24,000 nucleotides of DNA, from contig JALVFE010000022.1 in NCBI GenBank assembly GCA_027030245.1, positions 15,148 through 39,147 on the forward strand, written 5' to 3'. Below are positions 17,647 through 24,000 of the stretch, piece after piece. Below the pieces are notes generated by a model. That model was given only the letters and a program-made list of their open reading frames with translations, had not been told where the DNA came from and did not search any database. The position numbers and the translations under genes were made by a program. Numbering within the stretch: position 1 is the stretch's first letter; the number at the start of each line of letters is the position of its first letter. The DNA comes from Melioribacteraceae bacterium (GTDB lineage Bacteria > Bacteroidota > Ignavibacteria > Ignavibacteriales > Melioribacteraceae).

Positions 17647-18022
17647 CAATGAAATGACTACCAACAGATGTAAAGATTTACAATCATTAAACGCATTTTA
17701 ATTTTTTAATATGTTAACCAAAATTATACTGAGCATGAACCACTAAATAAAATATATTGCAGAAGAATACGCTTAGTCAATGAAATAAGAAAGTGCCAAT
17801 AATTTCCGACTTGTAAAGGAAAGCTACAATAAATCACCAAATAACAATATAGAATGCGCATAACACAAAATTAAGTTAAACAGAAAAAGATGCGTTTATA
17901 ACCGTACAGCATTCCCGACCGTATCGCGGATTTATTCACGGAGCGAGAAAATAAGTTTGAAAAAAAGAACAAACAATATTATATTACGTGTTCAAAATTT
18001 TGTTCTTTATCTGAAAAAATAT

Positions 18023-18095
18023 GCGGGAGTAGCTCAGTTGGTAGAGCATCACGTTGCCAACGTGATTGTCGCGGGTTCGAGTCCCGTCTCCCGCT
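18023..18095 (+). tRNA. tRNA-Gly (anticodon GCC)
   Basis: Hand-folded cloverleaf. Acceptor GCGGGAG/CTCCCGC. D arm GCTC-AGTTGGTA-GAGC. Anticodon stem TCACG/CGTGA with loop TTGCCAA. T arm GCGGG-TTCGAGT-CCCGT. Discriminator T. CCA is not encoded. Confidence 0.9.
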
Positions 18096-18101
18096 CTACT
18101 C

Positions 18102-18131
18102 AAATCCACTGAACGGTGGATTTTATTTTTT
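18102..18131 (+). terminator. Rho-independent terminator between the two tRNA genes
   Basis: An 8-bp stem AAATCCAC (18102-18109) / GTGGATTT (18116-18123) with a short loop, running into TTTTATTTTTT. Confidence 0.6.
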
Positions 18132-18147
18132 GAAGAGTTCTTTTAAC

Positions 18148-18221
18148 GGCGGCGTAGCCAAGTGGTCTAAGGCGAAGGTCTGCAAAACCTTTATTCGTCG
18201 GTTCGAATCCGACCGCCGCCT
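18148..18221 (+). tRNA. tRNA-Cys (anticodon GCA)
   Basis: Acceptor GGCGGCG/CGCCGCC. Anticodon stem AAGGT/ACCTT with loop CTGCAAA. T arm GTCGG-TTCGAAT-CCGAC. Variable loop of 5 nt. Discriminator T. CCA is not encoded. Confidence 0.88.
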
Positions 18222-19450
18222 CAACCTTTTCCTCTCATTAAATTTTCTATAACCTCAACCGCTTTTTCGACTCCGTTTTCGTTCCGGATTTTTTCTCCCA
18301 ATTTTTCGGCATTTTCCCTTAGCGTGTTGTTTGTCATCAGCTCGTTTACCCTTTTTAAGATTTGCTCATCCGTTAAATTAGCGGTGAATAACGGTAGGGT
18401 ACCCGCCCCTATTGCGTGAACACGGTTGCCCCAAAATTTATGGTCGCCGTAAGTGGGAACAACGGTCAACGGTTTTCCAGCCCGCAAAACCGCCGCAACC
18501 GTACCGGGTCCGCCGTGCGAAATAACCGCTCTAACTTTTGGCAAAATATATGCATGCGGAACGGAGCCGTCGACGAAAAATATTTTACCCGGTTTATTTA
18601 GTTTTGAGATGTCCGCTCCTCCGGGATTTGCGACAATTCTGTATTCGGTTTTAAGTAAAACCGAGAGAATCTTCGATATTATTTGTTCGGAATATTGCCC
18701 CAAACTTCCGATATCAAAAAAGAGCGGTTGGGAACCATTGTTGATAAAATCTTCGAGTTCTTTTGCGGGTGAGTAACTTTCCAAATCTTTCAGAAACCAA
18801 TAACCGGTTACGTAAATCCATCCGGGCCAATCTTTGGGTCGCGGAATAACACTTTCACTATAACCGTAAATTACCGGCATCTTTTCTTTATGTTGCTTGT
18901 GCAACAATCCGTAAAAAGGAATCGGCTTTAAATCAAGCAACTCCTTTCGCAATTTGTTTATGTTCTTTTTAATAATCTGCCACTCGAAAAATTGGGAAAC
19001 CAAATAACTCGTTTTATTTAAAAATGCCGGCACCGATTTTAAAAACGGATTGGGAAACTCTTTCGTGGGCGTGTACGGAACATAACTGCATTTAACTACC
19101 GGTATTTCCAATTTTTGCGCAACGTGGTAACCAACGTGATAGACCGGAGTAAAAATTATCAAATCCGAATTTTTTGCGGCTTCAATTCCATCGTTAATCC
19201 AGTTCGTCATAAAATGATAATAAATTTTTCTTCTTTCTTTATACGGAGTGTCTTTATATTCGTCTTTCAGAATATCCATCGGATTATTTCTTATTAAATC
19301 GAATTTGATTCCGCGGCTTTCGATAAAATCTTTAAATTCCGGATTTGCCGCAAAGTTAACCGAATGCCCGGCATCTTTTAAACCGACCGCCAAAGCTAAA
19401 AACGGCTGCACATCACCGCGGCTTCCGACCGTTAATATTGAAATATTCAT
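18221..19450 (-). CDS. GT1-family glycosyltransferase (MGT / sterol-glucosyltransferase-like, GT28 N-terminal-type domain)
   Basis: N-terminus MNISILTVGSRGDVQPFLALAVGLKDAGHSV. C-terminal nucleotide-sugar motif ISHGGPGTVAAVLRAGKPLTVVPTYGDHKFWGNRV...GAG. Confidence 0.85.
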   Translation of the reverse strand: MNISILTVGSRGDVQPFLALAVGLKDAGHSVNFAANPEFKDFIESRGIKFDLIRNNPMDILKDEYKDTPYKERRKIYYHFMTNWINDGIEAAKNSDLIIFTPVYHVGYHVAQKLEIPVVKCSYVPYTPTKEFPNPFLKSVPAFLNKTSYLVSQFFEWQIIKKNINKLRKELLDLKPIPFYGLLHKQHKEKMPVIYGYSESVIPRPKDWPGWIYVTGYWFLKDLESYSPAKELEDFINNGSQPLFFDIGSLGQYSEQIISKILSVLLKTEYRIVANPGGADISKLNKPGKIFFVDGSVPHAYILPKVRAVISHGGPGTVAAVLRAGKPLTVVPTYGDHKFWGNRVHAIGAGTLPLFTANLTDEQILKRVNELMTNNTLRENAEKLGEKIRNENGVEKAVEVIENLMRGKG

Positions 19451-19457
19451 ATTATAA

Positions 19458-20762
19458 TTATTTAATGTTTTCTTCTTTTAGCAAATTTACGTTAATTAAA
19501 TCTTCCGATGCTTTACAAAGCAAATCAAAAGGCAGACCGGATTTTACAGCAATATCAATTAAATCGTTGTTTCCGTCGGCTAAATTCAGAACCCACAAAA
19601 GCGCAAGTTCGTATTCCTTAATATTTCCGGCAACGGAATTATACAGCCCACGTTTACCTAATTGTGGTTCGCATTTCGGATTCAGGTTTACATACTTTTT
19701 ATTTTTCTCAATTACTTCAATAATTTTCTTGAATATTGACAATGATTCGCCGAGTTGTCCGGGTGAGACAAAATCCAAATTGTCCGCAGAAGTATGATAT
19801 TCGGGAAATTCTCCGTTCGGCGTGCGTGTCAATCTTCCGACAGGCAAATTAAATCCCGGCGAACAAAATTGGCGTTCGTCGTAACCGTACGGCGAAAATT
19901 CTATAACTTTAAATTCTTTTGTGTTTTGTTGCAAAACGTAAGGAACTATTTTATCTATATCCGAATTTCCCCTTCTCGATTTTTTATAAGTAAAATTTCC
20001 GTTATCGCCTAAAAGCGATGCCACAATTCCATGTTTTATTTTGTTAACATTCTTTTCGTTCCTTGCCAGCCAAGTAATTGCGCCGATTGTAGCCGGAATA
20101 AAAATAAAGCGGTATGAATAATTAAGTTTATCAGAATCAAGAGTATATAAATGTTTGGCAAGGAACGTCATCACGGAAATTCCGGAAAGATTATCGTTAG
20201 CCATCGAGGGATGACAAATATGCGTTGAGAATAAAACTTCTTTATCGCTCTTCCCTTTTATAAACAATTCGCCGTAAGTCAGAGCTCCCTTTTCCAAAGA
20301 AGAACGGATAACAACTTTATAGTTTCCATCTTTCATTTTTAATAATTGGTTGTGTGAAAGACAGAAACCCCAGTCACGTTTATAATACGTAGTTCTATAC
20401 GGAATCCATTCAGGTTTCCCGGGAAGCGAATGAAGATGTTTTTTTAATTCATTGAGAGGAAGCGTTTTGTTTACGGGAATGCTATAATTTACCAGATGTA
20501 AATTATTCTTTTTGAAATCAATTATTCTTTCATCGGCAGGATTTTCAATGTATGCTTCATCAACATTCCATTCCGGCGGAATTTCCCAATCGAATACCTT
20601 TGTACCGGAAGGGACTTCAATAATTTCCAATGGGATAATTTCTTTGATTAAACGCAAGGTTTGCCTGACACCGTTACCCGTAATACTACGGTTAAGCGGA
20701 AAGAGTGTCTTCATAAAATCATAAAGGTCTTTACCGTTTTCAAGGTTATCAGGCTCAATCAT
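19458..20762 (-). CDS. DUF4910/DUF2172 aminopeptidase-like (M28-fold) protein with C-terminal winged-helix-like tail
   Basis: LFPLNRSITGNGVRQTL, VFDWEIPPEWNV, STHICHPSMANDNLSGISV and ERQFCSPGFNLPVG are blocks I associate with the DUF2172/DUF4910 family, which is found in polysaccharide gene clusters. Confidence 0.75.
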   Translation of the reverse strand: MIEPDNLENGKDLYDFMKTLFPLNRSITGNGVRQTLRLIKEIIPLEIIEVPSGTKVFDWEIPPEWNVDEAYIENPADERIIDFKKNNLHLVNYSIPVNKTLPLNELKKHLHSLPGKPEWIPYRTTYYKRDWGFCLSHNQLLKMKDGNYKVVIRSSLEKGALTYGELFIKGKSDKEVLFSTHICHPSMANDNLSGISVMTFLAKHLYTLDSDKLNYSYRFIFIPATIGAITWLARNEKNVNKIKHGIVASLLGDNGNFTYKKSRRGNSDIDKIVPYVLQQNTKEFKVIEFSPYGYDERQFCSPGFNLPVGRLTRTPNGEFPEYHTSADNLDFVSPGQLGESLSIFKKIIEVIEKNKKYVNLNPKCEPQLGKRGLYNSVAGNIKEYELALLWVLNLADGNNDLIDIAVKSGLPFDLLCKASEDLINVNLLKEENIK

Positions 20763-20789
20763 TTAATTATTTCAAAATTGTTTTAGTAA

Positions 20790-21851
20790 TTAATGCCGCC
20801 AATGCAAACCGGAATCAATTTTATTAGTTGACAAAAGATTCTGCAGAACATTCAAGCGAATTAAATCGGAAGCTACTTTCTGCATATTTCTCAATCCTAA
20901 ATTTTCAATTCCGTGTTTCAGTTCAAAGATTGTCTCTTCCAACGATACTTGGTTTTGATGATTGGGCGCCAATTTTTTGAATAAATCAAAATTTACTTTG
21001 TACGACCTTTTATCCGGTGCTGCGTTTTTATTAATATCAATACGTGTTCCGGGAATTAATTGTGCGACAGCGTTTGCCAAGTTGATAACCTGGTAATTTG
21101 AATCATTGGAACCGATATTGACCGCAACGAAAGCTCCGCCGTTGGAATGTTCTCTTTCCGTTGCCCACTCGATTGCCCTTGCCATATCTTTAACATTTAT
21201 CAAAGGCCGCCAAGGTGTTCCGTCACTTAAAATTTTTACAACACCGTTTGTTATAGCGGCATAAACAAAATCATTAAGCACGAGATCGAGCCGCAACCTG
21301 CAACTCATTCCGGCAGCGGTTGAAAATCTGAGAGCTGTTACGATAAAATTTTCGTCGGCAAGAGTGCGTAAGAATTCCTCGGATAAAATTTTTGATTCTG
21401 CATAAGTCGTAAGCGGCATCACTTCGGAAGTTTCGGTACGCGCTTCAGTTCCGGAAAAACCGTAAACACTGCAGCTCGATGCAAAAACAAACGATTTTAC
21501 TCCCGCTTCCTTTGCCAACTTTGCCAATCTGACCGTTCCTTTGTAATTAATTTCAAAAGTTGCATCGTGAAAAATTTTACCCATCGGATCGTTTGAGACA
21601 GCCGCAAGATGAATAACGGCATCGAATCCTTCCAAAAACTTTTTCTCAATATTTCTTATGTCTTCGAAAATTTGAACATCAGGTAAAAATTTATCGTTCT
21701 TTTGCAAATCCATTGTTATACAATTCTTGTAAAATCCAAGGTCGTAACCGACAATGACGGATTCCGGTTTGTGAGTGTGAAACCATTCAACTACAACCGG
21801 ACCGACATATCCCAAATTTCCCGTTACTAAAATTTTCATGTCGTCCTTCAT
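20790..21851 (-). CDS. NAD-dependent epimerase/dehydratase (extended SDR)
   Basis: Rossmann motif KILVTGNLGYVGPVV (GxxGxxG) and catalytic YAESK (YxxxK). The start is either the ATG at 21851 (MKDDM...) or the ATG at 21839 (MKILVTG...). Confidence 0.85.
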   Translation of the reverse strand: MKDDMKILVTGNLGYVGPVVVEWFHTHKPESVIVGYDLGFYKNCITMDLQKNDKFLPDVQIFEDIRNIEKKFLEGFDAVIHLAAVSNDPMGKIFHDATFEINYKGTVRLAKLAKEAGVKSFVFASSCSVYGFSGTEARTETSEVMPLTTYAESKILSEEFLRTLADENFIVTALRFSTAAGMSCRLRLDLVLNDFVYAAITNGVVKILSDGTPWRPLINVKDMARAIEWATEREHSNGGAFVAVNIGSNDSNYQVINLANAVAQLIPGTRIDINKNAAPDKRSYKVNFDLFKKLAPNHQNQVSLEETIFELKHGIENLGLRNMQKVASDLIRLNVLQNLLSTNKIDSGLHWRH

Positions 21852-21993
21852 TTATTATAAAACATAAATTCTTAAAGCGCTTTAAGTAGAAAGATACACA
21901 GTATATTATGTTACACAAGTAATCTATAATCGACTAGATGGAAATCTAATTTTAATACAACAATCTTCGTTCCAGAAATTAAATAGAAAAAAA

Positions 21994-23220
21994 CTATAAT
22001 ATTTCAATTCGGGGAATTGGAATTACAAATTTTGCGTCCCATCCCCGCGTATAACTTAGTTGGTTCATAATTTCATCTTTCAAATTCCAAGGCAGAATAA
22101 AAATATAATCCGGCTTGTGTTCGGATATTTTTTCGGGAGGATGAACAGGAATGTGTGTGCCGGGGAGAAACCTGCCTTGTTTGTATGGGTTTTTATCGAC
22201 GGTAAATTCCAAAAAATCGGTACGGATACCGCAAAAATTCAGTAATGTGTTGCCTTTTCCTGGAGCGCCGTATCCGCATATTTTCTTGTTTTCATTTTTC
22301 GCATTGATGAAAAATTCCAAAATTTCGCGTTTCAATCTGAAAATATCTTCTTGAAAACCGGAATAATATTCCAAACTTGTAATACCTTCTTCTGTTTCTT
22401 TATTTTTTAACAAACCTACATTTTCCGATACGGGTTTTGATGAATCATCCGTGTGACAAGCGTAAATTCTGAGCGATCCGCCGTGAGTCGGTAATTCTTC
22501 CACATCGAAAATTTTTAATCTGTGGTTGTTAAGAATTTTATCGATTGTGAAAAACGAAAAATATGAGAAATGTTCGTGGTAAATTGTATCAAATTGACGC
22601 TGTTTTACAAGTTGTACCAAATGTGGAAATTCGAAAGTTGCGACCCCGTGCGGAGCCAATAAGGTTTTTACTCCTTTAATAAAATCGTTCAAGTCGGGCA
22701 CTTGCGCCAAAACGTTATTCCCGATTATTAAGTCTGCTTTTCCGTAATCATTCGTAACTTTTTTTGCCAAATCTTCCGTAAAAAATTCTACCAATGTGTT
22801 TACGTTTTTGGATTGTGCAACCTTTGCAACGTTAGCAGCGGGTTCTATTCCCAACACGGGAATATTCTTCTCAACGAAATATTGAAGCAAATAGCCGTCG
22901 TTACTTGCCAATTCAACCACAAACGAGTCAGCGCCGAAATTGAATTTCCGGATCATCTTTTCGCAATAATTTTTCGCATGCTCCAGCCAGCTTTTGGAAT
23001 AGGATGAAAAATAAGCATATTCGGAAAAGATGTTTTCCGGATTAACATATTCTTGAATTTGAACAAGAAAGCAATTATCGCAGACAAATAAATGCAACGG
23101 GTAGAACGGTTCCATCCGGTTCAGCTCGTTTTCGCTTAAATAACTTTCGCAAAGCGGAGACATTCCCAAATCGACAAAGGTATGTTTCAGTTCCGTACCG
23201 CAGAATCTGCATTTATTCAT
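21994..23220 (-). CDS. NDP-hexose C-methyltransferase-like enzyme (TylC3/TcaB9 family: Zn-ribbon, class I SAM MTase and C-terminal domain)
   Basis: N-terminal Cys4 CRFCG...CDNC. SAM fold VVELASNDGYLL and IIGNNVLAQVPD. The conserved FDTIYHEHFSYFS block has YHEH at nt 22570-22581. The C-terminal part has GYGAPGKGNTLLNF...VDKNPYKQGRFLPGTHIPV. Confidence 0.85.
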   Translation of the reverse strand: MNKCRFCGTELKHTFVDLGMSPLCESYLSENELNRMEPFYPLHLFVCDNCFLVQIQEYVNPENIFSEYAYFSSYSKSWLEHAKNYCEKMIRKFNFGADSFVVELASNDGYLLQYFVEKNIPVLGIEPAANVAKVAQSKNVNTLVEFFTEDLAKKVTNDYGKADLIIGNNVLAQVPDLNDFIKGVKTLLAPHGVATFEFPHLVQLVKQRQFDTIYHEHFSYFSFFTIDKILNNHRLKIFDVEELPTHGGSLRIYACHTDDSSKPVSENVGLLKNKETEEGITSLEYYSGFQEDIFRLKREILEFFINAKNENKKICGYGAPGKGNTLLNFCGIRTDFLEFTVDKNPYKQGRFLPGTHIPVHPPEKISEHKPDYIFILPWNLKDEIMNQLSYTRGWDAKFVIPIPRIEIL

Positions 23221-23240
23221 AAATCTTCCGTAAAATTTTG

Positions 23241-24000
23241 TTAAATTATTTTAATCTCCGGTAAAGGTATAATAAATTTACCCCCGTTTTTTCTGTATGC
23301 CGTTTCTTGACGTAGAATTTCTTCCGCATAGTTCCACGCTAACAATAAAACATAATCGGGCATATCCTGTGTTAGTTTTTGCGGCGGAAAAATTTTCAGA
23401 AAATTACCCGGTAAATGAAATCCTTGTTTGTGTGGATTTGAATCCACTGCATAATCAACCAATTCTTTTCCGATTCCGACAAAATTTAACAATGTCGTTG
23501 CCATTCCGCCCGAAGCGCCGTAAACAACAATTCTTTTGTTTTGAGCTTTCAAATCCTTAAGCAAATCGAGCAATTGTTTTTTAATTTCGTTTACTCTACC
23601 CGGAAAATTTTCGTAATACGTTTTCTTATCGATACCTTTTTGATATTCAGAATTTAGAATATTTATTATAGAATCATCATAATTTTTAGTATGTTCGATA
23701 AATAATCTGACGGAACCGCCGAATGTGGGGATTTCTTCGATTTTATTGATAAATAACGAATGCCTTTCAAACAAGTTTTGTAATGCAATTACGGAAAAGT
23801 AAGATAAATTCTGATGAAAAATCATATCGAATTCGTTTTTTTCAATCAAATTAATCGAATACGGAACTTCGAGAACCGCTACCCCGCTTGGCTTTAATAA
23901 TTTTTTCAAATTTCCGGCAAATTCGTTTAAGTCCGATACAAGATTCAAAACGTTGTTACCGAGAATTACATCCGCCGTTTTTCCTTGTGCAATCAAACCG
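23241..24000 (-). CDS. Second, divergent C-methyltransferase-family paralogue (5' end outside the window)
   Basis: It aligns by eye with the downstream paralogue. [12 protein letters not shown] matches [27 protein letters not shown]...[19 protein letters not shown] matches GYGAPGKGNTLLNF...VDKNPYKQGRFLPGTHIPV. The tracked start at 23996 is only an in-frame TTG, and the frame stays open to the window edge. Confidence 0.8.
   Translation of the reverse strand, partial: GLIAQGKTADVILGNNVLNLVSDLNEFAGNLKKLLKPSGVAVLEVPYSINLIEKNEFDMIFHQNLSYFSVIALQNLFERHSLFINKIEEIPTFGGSVRLFIEHTKNYDDSIINILNSEYQKGIDKKTYYENFPGRVNEIKKQLLDLLKDLKAQNKRIVVYGASGGMATTLLNFVGIGKELVDYAVDSNPHKQGFHLPGNFLKIFPPQKLTQDMPDYVLLLAWNYAEEILRQETAYRKNGGKFIIPLPEIKII

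Larger units (their letters stand above)
9281..18022. other. Accessory (defence) island: type I R-M system with two embedded passenger genes, bounded by a truncated gene and a tRNA pair
   Basis: The content is R-M plus PrrC-like plus RhuM-like. The flanks are AT-rich and non-coding (9281-9595 and 17647-18022). The gene at the left border is truncated and tRNA genes sit at the right border. No recombinase is seen, so the boundaries are approximate. Confidence 0.5.

Noticed and set aside
17647-18022. A possible displaced 3' remnant of the truncated UPF0316 gene on the far side of the island.
   Set aside because: I translated all three forward frames. They are stop-rich, and the only vague resemblance (TAFPTVSRIY vs the AF-x-TV block of DUF2179) spans four residues. 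That is not meaningful.
1-24000. CRISPR arrays, integrases, transposases, IS inverted repeats and toxin-antitoxin pairs.
   Set aside because: I looked for regularly spaced repeats, recombinase-like ORFs and terminal inverted repeats. None were found in either the ORF track or the intergenic regions.

Overview
AT-rich bacterial chromosomal window. The gene content gives an FCB-group (Ignavibacteria/Bacteroidota-like) impression, but that is not proven. There are three blocks.

(1) 1-9.3 kb is housekeeping. It holds a DsbD-N-like secreted protein fragment, nadE, a secreted esterase and a PspC/LiaF-like envelope-stress pair. It also holds prfB with its programmed +1 frameshift, an AtuA(DUF1446)/DUF4387 pair, miaA and pcm.

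(2) 9.3-18.0 kb is an accessory island of about 8.7 kb carrying a complete type I restriction-modification system in the order hsdR, hsdS, hsdM. Two passenger genes are translationally coupled into it. One is a RhuM-N-terminal-domain protein with a non-canonical C-terminal domain, upstream of hsdS. The other is a 372-aa PrrC-like (AAA_13-type) ABC-ATPase/anticodon-nuclease candidate between hsdS and hsdM. The left edge of the island coincides with a 3'-truncated UPF0316/DUF2179-family membrane-protein gene. The right edge is a 376-nt non-coding stretch followed by tRNA-Gly(GCC) and tRNA-Cys(GCA). No integrase, transposase or CRISPR array is visible.

(3) 18.2-24.0 kb is a minus-strand sugar-modification and glycosylation cluster. 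It encodes a GT1/MGT-type glycosyltransferase, a DUF4910 aminopeptidase-like protein, an SDR epimerase/dehydratase and two tandem TylC3/TcaB9-type C-methyltransferase paralogues. The second paralogue has lost the conserved YHEH block.

The most interesting candidate is the R-M operon with its two embedded passengers. It may be a layered defence module: restriction, an anticodon-nuclease fail-safe and an uncharacterised RhuM-like effector. All functional calls come from my own motif recognition in the translations. No database search was run.
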